64,000 bases of DNA from an uncultured SAR86 cluster bacterium (GTDB taxonomy: Bacteria; Pseudomonadota; Gammaproteobacteria; Magnimaribacterales; AG-339-G14). Every line of letters starts with the position of its first letter. Position 1 is the stretch's first letter. The stretch covers positions 1,306 through 65,305 of the forward strand of contig CACESE010000007.1 of assembly GCA_902562135.1 (NCBI GenBank), read 5' to 3'. Below are positions 38,160 to 47,698 of the stretch, piece by piece. Made by a program: the position numbers and the translations under genes. The notes under the pieces were generated by a model, which did not search any database, was not told where the DNA came from, and saw nothing but the letters and a program-made list of their open reading frames with translations.

Positions 38160-40328
38160 ATGGACGTTTCATATATTTTAGACGAATTAAATCCAATACA
38201 AAGAGAGGCAGTAACCGATGACTCTCTCCACTCTTTAATATTAGCTGGTGCTGGCTCAGGAAAAACTAAAGTTATTACTCATAAAGTCGCATGGTTATCC
38301 TCTGTTAAAGGGGTAAATCCGATGTCACTTTTAACTGTCACTTTCACAAATAAAGCTGCTAGAGAAATGAGAGGCAGGATTGAAAATATTCTCGAAGAAA
38401 ATTTAAATCAAATGTGGTGTGGAACTTTTCATGGAATTTTCCATAAAATGCTGAAGATTCATTGGAAGGAAGCAAACTTGTTGAAAGATTTTTCTGTAAT
38501 TGATAGTGAAGATCAATTAAGAGTATTGAAAAGAGTAATCCAGGCCATGAATTTAGATTTAGAAACATGGCAGCCCAGAGACACTCAATGGTTTATCAAT
38601 AAACAGAAAGATGAGGGCAAAAGGAAAGCAATTTTGAATATGAATGCAACTTTTGTCGAGGAAAAAATGGTGGACATCATGGAGGAATATCAAAAAACTT
38701 GTGATCGAGAGGGTTTAGTAGATTTTGCCGAGATATTAATTAGAGCTTACGAGCTCTTATCTAAAAATAATGATCTGTTAAAACATTACCAAGATAGGTT
38801 TCGGCACATTCTGGTAGATGAGTTTCAAGATACTAATGAAATTCAATATCTTTTATTAAAAAAATTAGCTGGTAAAAATGGGTCTATGACAGTGGTTGGA
38901 GACGATGACCAATCTATTTATAGTTGGAGAGGAGCAAAAAGTACTAATTTAAAAAGATTTGCTAAAGACTTTTCACAGGTCAAAACTATTAAACTGGAGC
39001 AAAACTACAGATCTTCAAAAAATATATTGGCATGTGCAAACTCCGTTATTAGAAATAATCCAGATAGATTAGGTAAAGAGCTTTGGTCTCAAAAAGAAGA
39101 GGGAGAACAAGTAAAAGTTTATAGAGCTTTCAATGAAAGGGATGAGGCAAATTTTATAGTTGGAATAATTAAAAGATGGATGGAGGAAGGAGGAAGTCTT
39201 TCGGATTCTGCAATCATTTATAGATCTAATGCTCAATCTAGAATATTGGAAGATGCAATTTTAAATTCAGAATTACCTTATAGAATATACGGCGGAGTAC
39301 GATTTTATGAGCGAATGGAAATTAAAAATGCACTTGCATATGCCAAGTTAGCAATTAATCAAAATAATGATTCACAGTTCGAGAGAGTTATTAATGTCCC
39401 TACTAGAGGCATTGGCACTAAAACCATGGATCAAATTAGAGAAAAATCTAAAGATGAAAATCTATCTTTGTGGGAGTCTGCAGAACAACTTACTCAGGAC
39501 AAAGATACTAAAGTCGCTAAAAATATAAAAGCTTTTTTTGAAATTATCAGTCAACTTCAAGAATTAGATTTTAATAAAGATTTAGATAAATTTTTTGAAA
39601 AGGCAATATCTCTGAGTGGTCTAAAAGACTTTCATGGCAAGGAGCCAGGAGAAAAGGGACGATCAAGAGTTGATAACCTTGATGAATTGATTTCTGCAAC
39701 ATCAGAATATTTTTCTTTAGGAGAGGATAATGACGACGATAGATCGCTATTAGAGCTTTTTCTGGATCAAGCTTCTTTAGATGCTGGAGAAAACCAAGCA
39801 ACTGAAAATGAAGATGCTATCCAGATGATGACTCTGCACTCATCAAAAGGTTTAGAATTTCCATTGGTATTCATCGCAGGTTGTGAAGAAGGTTTGTTTC
39901 CTCATAGAAGATCAGCCGAGGATCCGAAACAATTAGCAGAAGAAAGAAGGCTTTGTTATGTGGGCATGACAAGAGCGATGGAGAGACTTTATCTCACCCA
40001 CGCTGAAACAAGAAACGTCTATGGAATAGAAAATTTTAGTCCCGTGTCTAGATTCATTAAGGAAATTCCAGAGGAATTGGTTTATCAGATTAGGGTGGCG
40101 TCTGAAACAGAAGTAGAAGAAAAAAGATTTGAACCAAGAATTGTGGGAGGTACAGAGCATAATGTTGGGGGATTTTCTCTAGGCGACAGAGTTACGCATA
40201 AATCATTTGGTGAGGGTGTAATACTTAATTGTGAGGGAGACGGATCAAATGCTAGAGTAGAAGTAAATTTTGATAGTGGAGGGACTAAATGGTTGGTCTT
40301 AAGTTTTGCAAATTTAGAAAAAGTTTAA
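38160..40328 (+). CDS. uvrD: DNA helicase II
   Basis: 'LAGAGSGKTKV', 'VDEFQDTN', 'GDDDQSIYSWRGA' and 'TLHSSKGLEF' helicase motifs. 722 aa. Confidence 0.95.
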   Translation: MDVSYILDELNPIQREAVTDDSLHSLILAGAGSGKTKVITHKVAWLSSVKGVNPMSLLTVTFTNKAAREMRGRIENILEENLNQMWCGTFHGIFHKMLKIHWKEANLLKDFSVIDSEDQLRVLKRVIQAMNLDLETWQPRDTQWFINKQKDEGKRKAILNMNATFVEEKMVDIMEEYQKTCDREGLVDFAEILIRAYELLSKNNDLLKHYQDRFRHILVDEFQDTNEIQYLLLKKLAGKNGSMTVVGDDDQSIYSWRGAKSTNLKRFAKDFSQVKTIKLEQNYRSSKNILACANSVIRNNPDRLGKELWSQKEEGEQVKVYRAFNERDEANFIVGIIKRWMEEGGSLSDSAIIYRSNAQSRILEDAILNSELPYRIYGGVRFYERMEIKNALAYAKLAINQNNDSQFERVINVPTRGIGTKTMDQIREKSKDENLSLWESAEQLTQDKDTKVAKNIKAFFEIISQLQELDFNKDLDKFFEKAISLSGLKDFHGKEPGEKGRSRVDNLDELISATSEYFSLGEDNDDDRSLLELFLDQASLDAGENQATENEDAIQMMTLHSSKGLEFPLVFIAGCEEGLFPHRRSAEDPKQLAEERRLCYVGMTRAMERLYLTHAETRNVYGIENFSPVSRFIKEIPEELVYQIRVASETEVEEKRFEPRIVGGTEHNVGGFSLGDRVTHKSFGEGVILNCEGDGSNARVEVNFDSGGTKWLVLSFANLEKV

Positions 40329-41389
40329 TTTTAATAATTATCAGTTTTTTTATAGTTTCTTGTTCAGATGAAGTAGCTCAAACTGAAGAGAGCTTAGAAA
40401 GAAAAAATTATTCATGGAGGCTTGTAACTACTTGGCCTAAAAATTATCCTGGCGTAGGTCTGGGCCCCGAAAACTTTGCTCAACTTGTAGAAGAAATGAC
40501 TGATGGTAGGCTAAAAATAAAAGTTTATGGAAATGGTGAGCTTATCCCAGCTTTAGAGGTTTTTGATGCCGTATCCAGAGGAACAGTAGAAATGGGTCAT
40601 GGTGCTGCTTATTATTGGATAGGAAAGCTTCCTGCTGCACAATTTTTTACTACTTTACCTTTTGGATTAAATGCTCAAGAAAGAAATGCCTGGCTTTATT
40701 TTGGCGGAGGAATAGAGCTTTGGGAAAAGGCATATGAACCTTTTAATTTAATTCCTATGGCAGGTGGAAACACAGGAGTTCAAATGGGGGGGTGGTTTAA
40801 TAAAGAGATAAATTCACTCGAAGATTTAAAAGGAATTCGAATAAGAATGCCTGGATTAGCGGGAGAGGTTTTTTCCAGAGCGGGTGGAGAAGCAGTCTTA
40901 ATGCCAGGAAGTGAAATTTTTACAAATCTTCAAACCGGAGTAATAGATGCTGCTGAATGGATAGGTCCCTACAATGACCTAACTTTTGGTTTTCATCAAG
41001 TAGCCAAATATTACTATTATCCAGGCTGGCAAGAACCAGGGGCTATGACGGAATTTATTTTTAATAAAGAGGCTTTTGATGAATTGCCCAATGACATTAA
41101 GGCCATTGTTAGAACAGCTGCAAGAGCGGTAAATCAAAATATGCTCGATGAATACACAGCAAGAAATAATCAAGCCCTGATTTCTTTAATTGAAGACCAT
41201 AACGTGATTCTTAAAAAGTTTCCTGATGAAGTTCTTGAAGAGTTAGAAAAAATTTCAAAAGAAGTTTTACAGGAATTTGTTGCTAATGATGATTTTGCTA
41301 AAGAAATTTATCAATCTATTTTAGAGTTTAAAAAAGGAGTTTCTAATTATCATAAGATATCTGAGCAAGCTATTTATGATCTTCGTTAA
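40289..41389 (+). CDS. TRAP transporter substrate-binding protein (COG4663 / FcbT1-like), lipoprotein
   Basis: Lipobox 'FFIVSC', 'WRLVTTWPKNYPG' and 'GHGAAYYW'. The start overlaps the uvrD 3' end by 40 nt. Confidence 0.85.
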   Translation: MVGLKFCKFRKSLILIIISFFIVSCSDEVAQTEESLERKNYSWRLVTTWPKNYPGVGLGPENFAQLVEEMTDGRLKIKVYGNGELIPALEVFDAVSRGTVEMGHGAAYYWIGKLPAAQFFTTLPFGLNAQERNAWLYFGGGIELWEKAYEPFNLIPMAGGNTGVQMGGWFNKEINSLEDLKGIRIRMPGLAGEVFSRAGGEAVLMPGSEIFTNLQTGVIDAAEWIGPYNDLTFGFHQVAKYYYYPGWQEPGAMTEFIFNKEAFDELPNDIKAIVRTAARAVNQNMLDEYTARNNQALISLIEDHNVILKKFPDEVLEELEKISKEVLQEFVANDDFAKEIYQSILEFKKGVSNYHKISEQAIYDLR

Positions 41390-41740
41390 CTAATCTTTGA
41401 GATAAGTAGGATTATCAATTTTTAATTTTTCACTAGCAAGTTCAAATAAAAAAGTTTCCATAAGAGAACCATCATAAGATTCATCTTTAATAATCATTGA
41501 TAACTCTTCTTTTGAATATATTTTTTTCTTCAATAATTTAAGACTTAGTTCTTCAAATTTACGAATTAACTCATCTTCGTTGTTAATTTCCCTTCTTAGT
41601 ATTTTGAACACATTTAAAGCAATTCTAAGTTTAAAATTACTTGTTTCTTTTAAATCGTTTAAATCAATTTCTTCTAGAAAAAAATAATGCAATGCATTAA
41701 TTAATTCTTTTTTTGTAGGTCTGTCGAAGAGATTTTTCAA
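41390..41740 (-). CDS. small helical protein (DUF6285-like; LvaB-like by position)
   Basis: 116 aa, translationally coupled (4-nt overlap) to the upstream APH-type kinase gene. Confidence 0.45.
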   Translation of the reverse strand: MKNLFDRPTKKELINALHYFFLEEIDLNDLKETSNFKLRIALNVFKILRREINNEDELIRKFEELSLKLLKKKIYSKEELSMIIKDESYDGSLMETFLFELASEKLKIDNPTYLKD

Positions 41741-42696
41741 AATTTTTTATTTTTTATCATGTTCATTAGGTCAAATTCTGTTTCGGAAACTCTTCTGCCT
41801 ATTGCTGCTTTTTCTAAAGATTTTAAATTACCATTTAGGTGAGCAAAAGTTTGAATCATGCATATGATACCCCACCTCAATGAACCATAAATCTGCCATA
41901 GATTTAATTCTTCAAGATCGATTTTTATGTTTGAATTTATTTCGTATCCCTCTATTAATTCTTCAATACTTCCTAAACCAGCGGCTCTTTTAGAATTATT
42001 ACCAAATCTCCAAGACTTTATACACAACCAACCTAAATCTTCTAACGGGTTGCCTATATGAGCTAGCTCCCAGTCTATAACTGACTCAAATGAGTCTTCA
42101 GAAATAATAAAATTACCTAGTCTGAAGTCACCATGCACTAAAACATTATGTGAATCTTTAGGACTATTTTTCGCTAAATAATTAAAAGCGTATTCAAATA
42201 TTGGCTGTGGCTCTTCAAAAGTTTTATAGACTTCATGAAGATCATTTAAAGCCACATCAAAAGACATTTTTTTTAGTTCAGCCAATTGTTTTATGTCGCT
42301 TTGATGTATTTTGGATAAAATTTCTCCTATTTGAAAAGTTAATGAAGATCTAATTTTTTTATATTTTTCATCTCTTAAAATTTTTCGAGCAATTGTTTCT
42401 CCATCTATAAACTCCATAATATATCCACTACCAAATCCACTCGACTCATCAAATTCTTTAAGAATTCTTGGAACAGGGACATTATTTTTTTGAACTATTT
42501 TTTGTATTTTTGCTTCTAATTTTTTTGAGATAGCTAATTTAGATTCAGCGGAATCTGGAGTTTTTCTTAAAATATAATTTTTATGATCCGATAAACAAAT
42601 TTTGTAGGTTTCCGCCGATGCTCCGCCTGAAAGACGGTTAAGATCTTTTATTTTAGAATCGAGTAGGTCTTCAATAAAATTTTTAAAATTATCCAT
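41737..42696 (-). CDS. APH-fold phosphotransferase (LvaA / ACAD10-11 kinase-domain-like)
   Basis: Brenner motif 'VHGDFRLGNFII' and 'VIDWELAHIGNPLEDLGW', typical of ACAD-associated kinases. Confidence 0.8.
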   Translation of the reverse strand: MDNFKNFIEDLLDSKIKDLNRLSGGASAETYKICLSDHKNYILRKTPDSAESKLAISKKLEAKIQKIVQKNNVPVPRILKEFDESSGFGSGYIMEFIDGETIARKILRDEKYKKIRSSLTFQIGEILSKIHQSDIKQLAELKKMSFDVALNDLHEVYKTFEEPQPIFEYAFNYLAKNSPKDSHNVLVHGDFRLGNFIISEDSFESVIDWELAHIGNPLEDLGWLCIKSWRFGNNSKRAAGLGSIEELIEGYEINSNIKIDLEELNLWQIYGSLRWGIICMIQTFAHLNGNLKSLEKAAIGRRVSETEFDLMNMIKNKKF

Positions 42697-43900
42697 TTAA
42701 TTGGTTTTGCAAGGAAGCGTCGCGTTCTCCAAAATCCCAGCCAGAACCATTATTTTCGTAATTTTTGAGAATTCTTTTTGCGACAGATTGAATGTGCACT
42801 TCATCGGGGCCATCATAAATTCTAGCTTCTCTTGCATGTCTATACATTAAGCTAAGCGGGGTGTCGTCCGTAAGTCCTTTTGCCCCATGGACTTGTATTG
42901 CACGATCAATTACGTTGTGGAGCATTTGAGCACCAATTACTTTAATTAAACCTATTTCAATTCTTGCATCATCTCCCTCATCAATTCTTTTAGCTGCATC
43001 TAAAGTTAATTGTCTCGAAGATTGAATTTCACAAGCACTATCAAAAACGAATTTTTGTAAAAGTTGCTTTTGAGTGAGGGCGCTTCCAAAAGTTTCTCTT
43101 TCATGCATCCTAGAGCATAGAAGATCAAAAGCTCTTTGAGCCTGACCCAACCATCTCATGCAGTGAAAAATTCTTCCAGGCCCTAATCTTTTTTGAGCTA
43201 TCAAGAAACCTTGTCCTCTTGGTCCTAATAAATTTTCTTCAGGCACCTCTACGTTGTCATATTCAACTTCGTAATGTCCTCCATTGATTCCAAGGACAGG
43301 AGTTTCTCTAATTATTTTGTAACCGGGATTATCTGTTGGAACAATTATCATACTAAAAGCACCATGACCTGGAGCATCAAGTTCTGTTTTACACATAACT
43401 GTGGTGTAAGCAGCTCTAGATGCGCCTGTAGTGAACCATTTTCTTCCATTGATTCTCCATGTTCCGTTTTCCAAAACAGCTGTTGTTTGAAGCTGAGTGG
43501 GATCAGAACTCGCCACTTCAGGCTCTGTCATTCCAAAACTTGGAAATATTTCTCCTTTAACTAAAGGGTCAAGATATTTTTCTCTCCAGTGATTAGAAGC
43601 GAATTCCCTTAGCATTATTGAATCTTGAAGAGATACTGTTCCTAGTCCAACATTTGCATATGCAGATCTTCCAATCACTTCGTTTACATAAACGTATTCC
43701 ATGAAAGGCATTCCTCCACCACCAATATCTTTCGGATGACCTAGGGCCCAAATATTTTCATCTTTTGCCATTTGGGTAATTCCTTTTAAGATTTTTTGAG
43801 ATTCTTTGGAATTTTCTGCTAACTTCTTTTCTACGGGATATATCTCTTCTTCAATGAAAGATTTAACTTTAGCTCTTATTTTGGTCCAGTCGTTTTGCAT
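42689..43900 (-). CDS. acyl-CoA dehydrogenase family protein (LvaC / ACAD10-11-like)
   Basis: 'GMTEPEVASSDP', 'KWFTTGA' and 'YDGPDEVH' ACAD blocks. Confidence 0.9.
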   Translation of the reverse strand: MQNDWTKIRAKVKSFIEEEIYPVEKKLAENSKESQKILKGITQMAKDENIWALGHPKDIGGGGMPFMEYVYVNEVIGRSAYANVGLGTVSLQDSIMLREFASNHWREKYLDPLVKGEIFPSFGMTEPEVASSDPTQLQTTAVLENGTWRINGRKWFTTGASRAAYTTVMCKTELDAPGHGAFSMIIVPTDNPGYKIIRETPVLGINGGHYEVEYDNVEVPEENLLGPRGQGFLIAQKRLGPGRIFHCMRWLGQAQRAFDLLCSRMHERETFGSALTQKQLLQKFVFDSACEIQSSRQLTLDAAKRIDEGDDARIEIGLIKVIGAQMLHNVIDRAIQVHGAKGLTDDTPLSLMYRHAREARIYDGPDEVHIQSVAKRILKNYENNGSGWDFGERDASLQNQLNG

Positions 43901-43906
43901 GAGATT

Positions 43907-45007
43907 TCAAGTATTTTTAGCAAATTCTTTCACAGCTTTCCAGACTCTTAGGATATTTCCATTAAGAATTTTGTCAATTTCCTCTTCTGAGTAACCTCTA
44001 ATTAAAAGTTCTTCAATTAAATTAGGAAACTTTGATACGTCATTAATATCTTCTGGCAGAGGAACTTCACCGTCGAAGTCAGAGCCTAAACCGACGTGAT
44101 CTATACCGACAAGGTTTTTGACACGATCTATATTGTCCACAACATTTTTTACTGTAACTTTCATGTTTGGATTTGACTTTCTGTCGGCAACAAAATCTGA
44201 GCCAAAACAAATTTGTATTACTCCATTATTTTTTGCCAATGCTTTTAACATCTCGTCTGAAACATTTCTTTCCCAACCAGGAGTGAAATGTCTTAAGGAG
44301 CTGTGTGTGGCAATTACTGGTGCTTCGCTTATCTCTAAGACTTTCATAAATGCAGTATCTGATACATGAGAAATATCAATCATAACCCCTTGTTTGTTCA
44401 TTTCTTTAACCACCTCAAAACCGAAAGGGCTAAGCCCATCTTTCCATCTTTTATTCTCATCATAAGAACTGTCAGATATATGATTACTTTTTGCGTGAGC
44501 TAAAGTAATGTAGTTAACTCCAAGATCTGCAAAAAACTTAATATTTTCAAGTTTCCCTTCTATCGGCGCTCCATTTTCAATTCCATAAGCAATCCCCACT
44601 AAGTTCTTATCTTGTTCAAGTATTGATATATCAGAAGGGTTTTTTATGAAAGTAAATTTGTCGGGGTTATTGGAAATGATTTCATTCATCATGTTTATTA
44701 GTTCAACAGCTAAATCAAAAGATGTTCCTTCTGGCTCCGTTCTAGCAGGAATAAAAATTGCAAAAAAAGGAAGATTTAATCCACCCTCAACAGCTCTCGG
44801 ATAGTCAAAATGGAAGGAAGTGCTTTTAGTAATATCATCACTAGCACCTGTATTATTTTTTTGGCGCCATATTTGAAAAGGGGTATCTATATGAGAGTCA
44901 ATAATTATTTTATTTTGACTAAAATCTTTGGCTTTTTGACTTAGATCTTCCGAGCAAGATATTAATAAGAAGCTAAATATAAATAGAATCTTTTTCATAA
45001 TGAACAT
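43907..45007 (-). CDS. M19 membrane dipeptidase-family hydrolase, lipoprotein
   Basis: Lipobox 'LLISC', 'IIDSHIDTP' and 'HVGLGSDFDG' M19 motifs. Confidence 0.85.
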   Translation of the reverse strand: MFIMKKILFIFSFLLISCSEDLSQKAKDFSQNKIIIDSHIDTPFQIWRQKNNTGASDDITKSTSFHFDYPRAVEGGLNLPFFAIFIPARTEPEGTSFDLAVELINMMNEIISNNPDKFTFIKNPSDISILEQDKNLVGIAYGIENGAPIEGKLENIKFFADLGVNYITLAHAKSNHISDSSYDENKRWKDGLSPFGFEVVKEMNKQGVMIDISHVSDTAFMKVLEISEAPVIATHSSLRHFTPGWERNVSDEMLKALAKNNGVIQICFGSDFVADRKSNPNMKVTVKNVVDNIDRVKNLVGIDHVGLGSDFDGEVPLPEDINDVSKFPNLIEELLIRGYSEEEIDKILNGNILRVWKAVKEFAKNT

Positions 45008-45033
45008 TTTTTTAATATATCAGAAAAAGTATT

Positions 45034-46404
45034 TCAATATGAGTTACTAAAAATTAGATTTGGTAGGAAAGTTGCTAAAGTTGGAAAATAAGCAACTAGA
45101 CACAAGACAAAGATTTGGATGACAATAAAAGGCAAGACTCCTTCATACATGGTTTCGGTTTTTATTTTTTCAGGAACTACGCTTCTTAAATAAAAAAGAG
45201 CAAAACCAAATGGAGGGGTCAAGAAAGATGTTTGTAAGTTTATTGCTAACAATACTCCCAACCATAAAGGGTCTGCCCCCATAGCCATTAAGATGGGTCC
45301 AACTATTGGAACCACTATAAATGTAATTTCAATAAAATCTAAAATAAAACCAAGAATAAAAACTAATAACATCACTAAGATCATTGCTCCAAATAAACCA
45401 CCTGGAATCATGTTAAAGATTTCTGTAATAAGCTCTTCACCTCCTAAACCTCTAAAGACTAAAGAAAAAATAGATGCTCCGATCAAAATTAAAAAAACCA
45501 TTGAAGAGATAAATGCACTTTGCTTAGTGGTTTCTTTTAAAATTTGTATAGTTAGTTTTTTATGAAATAGTGCAATTAAAATTGCTCCAAGAGCCCCTAT
45601 TCCAGCGGCCTCAGTTGGCGAAGCGACTCCTAAAATAATAGAACCTAAAACAGCAAATATTAAAAAAAATGGCGGAACTAACGTAGAAATAAGTTTGAAT
45701 AAATTATCATCTTTTGATTCACTGAATGTATTTAATTCTTGTTTTCTTAGAGCGATAACAAAGTAAAGACCATAAATTAATACCAATATGATACCTGGAA
45801 CTATTGCAGCCATGAACAAATCTCCAACGGAAAGAGACTTGGCAACATAATTACCAATTTTAAGCTGAGATTGTTGATAAGCAGTTGCTAACACATCACC
45901 AAGGATTACCAAGGCAATTGAAGGAGGAATTATTTGACCTAGAGTTCCGGTAGCTGCAATTAAACCCGTAGATATCTTTTGAGAATATCCTCTTTTTAGC
46001 ATAGCTGGCAAAGATATTAATCCCATCGCGATAACTGTTGCTCCAACGATCCCTGTACTCGCGGCAAGCATAGTGCCCACAAATAAAATTGAAATACCTA
46101 AACCACTTTTATAGCGGCTAAAGAGTTTTGACATTGAGGTTAATAAAAGTTCAGCAATTTTAGATTTTTCTAATGTCACCCCCATAAAGATGAACAACGG
46201 AACAGCTACCAAGGTTGAGTTAGTCATGATGCCAAATAGTCTATTTGGCATTGTTTCTAAAAGTGTTAGGTCAAAAAGTCCAAATAAACTCGCGATCATT
46301 GCAAAAAGGATAGAAACACCTCCAAGAGTAAAAGCTACTGGGTAGCCCAAAAGAAGACTTATGCAAATTATAAAAAAAAGTAGTAAGGGTAAAATTTCAA
46401 TCAT
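45034..46404 (-). CDS. TRAP transporter large permease (DctM family)
   Basis: About 12 or more TM segments and 'GYPVAFTLGG'. ATG 46404 (MIEILPL...) is preferred over the track's 46431. Confidence 0.9.
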   Translation of the reverse strand: MIEILPLLLFFIICISLLLGYPVAFTLGGVSILFAMIASLFGLFDLTLLETMPNRLFGIMTNSTLVAVPLFIFMGVTLEKSKIAELLLTSMSKLFSRYKSGLGISILFVGTMLAASTGIVGATVIAMGLISLPAMLKRGYSQKISTGLIAATGTLGQIIPPSIALVILGDVLATAYQQSQLKIGNYVAKSLSVGDLFMAAIVPGIILVLIYGLYFVIALRKQELNTFSESKDDNLFKLISTLVPPFFLIFAVLGSIILGVASPTEAAGIGALGAILIALFHKKLTIQILKETTKQSAFISSMVFLILIGASIFSLVFRGLGGEELITEIFNMIPGGLFGAMILVMLLVFILGFILDFIEITFIVVPIVGPILMAMGADPLWLGVLLAINLQTSFLTPPFGFALFYLRSVVPEKIKTETMYEGVLPFIVIQIFVLCLVAYFPTLATFLPNLIFSNSY

Positions 46405-46900
46405 CACTAAAATACGAAAGTATGTTTGCAAAACTTTGCATCAATAAAAGAATAGAAAAAATTAAAATAGTCGATTTATATAAGTAAACGAAAGGAAGCC
46501 CTCCAGGCTCTGCAGAGACTTCTTTTATTTCCCAAGAAAAAGAAACGTAGTCAAAAGATAACAATAATATCGTCCATATCATCGGTTGAAGTAAAAATAT
46601 ATTACCGAATAAATTTATAGCCCTTTTTTTCTCATCTGAAAATCTTCTATAAAAGATATCGACTCTAACATGTTGATCTTCGCTCATTGCATAGGCAGCA
46701 CAAATCAGAAAAGTAATACCATGAGCGTAAATTATTAACTCTTGTAGGCTTAAGATTCCAATTCCGAAAAGATATCTCGCAATCACAACAAAAGTTGTCA
46801 AAAGAATCATGAGAAACAAAAACCAGACACTGATTTTCCCCATAAATTTTGGAAAAAATATTAGTATAGATTGGCAAATTTGGTTAATATTTTTAAACAT
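46397..46900 (-). CDS. TRAP transporter small permease (DctQ family)
   Basis: 167 aa with 4 TM segments, overlapping the downstream DctM gene. Confidence 0.8.
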   Translation of the reverse strand: MFKNINQICQSILIFFPKFMGKISVWFLFLMILLTTFVVIARYLFGIGILSLQELIIYAHGITFLICAAYAMSEDQHVRVDIFYRRFSDEKKRAINLFGNIFLLQPMIWTILLLSFDYVSFSWEIKEVSAEPGGLPFVYLYKSTILIFSILLLMQSFANILSYFSDD

Positions 46901-46921
46901 TTGTAGATTTTATATAAAAGT

Positions 46922-47695
46922 ATGTTAGTAATTATATCGCCAGCAAAGACTTTAGATTATTCTCCTTTAGAGAGCAAAGTAGGTTTTTCAGAACCTTCTT
47001 TTATAAGTAAATCGGAATCTCTTGTAAAGGAGATGCGTAATTATGATCCAGAAATGATTTCTGAATTAATGAAAATTAGTGAAAATTTAGGTTTTCTTAA
47101 TTTTGAGAGGTTTCAAAGTTGGAAACAAAATTCCTCACCTGGACCTGATTCAAAACAGTCAGTTTTTGCTTTTCAAGGAGATGTTTACAAAGGTCTAGAT
47201 ATTTCTTCTCTCGACAAAAGTACAATTAATTATTCTCAAAAATATTTAAGAATATTATCAGGGCTATATGGTCTTTTAAAACCCCTAGATCTAATAGCTC
47301 CATATAGATTAGAGATGGGCACGAAGTTAAGAATTGGAAATTCGGATAATCTATATGAATTCTGGAAAACTGATTTAACTGAGGCATTGAATAAAGACTT
47401 AAAAATCCAGAAAACTAATGTATTGGTAAATCTTGCATCCAATGAATACTTTTCTGTTTTAGATAAAGAAATGATTAAAGCAGAAGTAATATCTCCAGTT
47501 TTCAAGGATTATAAAAATGGCGATTACAAAATAATAAGCTTTCACGCAAAAAAAGCCCGTGGATTGATGACTAGATTTATTATGTCAAATAACTTAAAGG
47601 ATCCAAAAGATATTAGTAAGTTTGATTACGAAGGTTATAGATTCTCCTCCAAGTTATCTTCAGATAATGCCCCAGTATTTTTAAGAAAGCTTTAG
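46922..47695 (+). CDS. yaaA: peroxide stress protein YaaA (UPF0246)
   Basis: 'MLVIISPAKTLD', 'LRILSGLYGLLKPLD' and 'YRLEMG'. Confidence 0.9.
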   Translation: MLVIISPAKTLDYSPLESKVGFSEPSFISKSESLVKEMRNYDPEMISELMKISENLGFLNFERFQSWKQNSSPGPDSKQSVFAFQGDVYKGLDISSLDKSTINYSQKYLRILSGLYGLLKPLDLIAPYRLEMGTKLRIGNSDNLYEFWKTDLTEALNKDLKIQKTNVLVNLASNEYFSVLDKEMIKAEVISPVFKDYKNGDYKIISFHAKKARGLMTRFIMSNNLKDPKDISKFDYEGYRFSSKLSSDNAPVFLRKL

Positions 47696-47698
47696 TTT

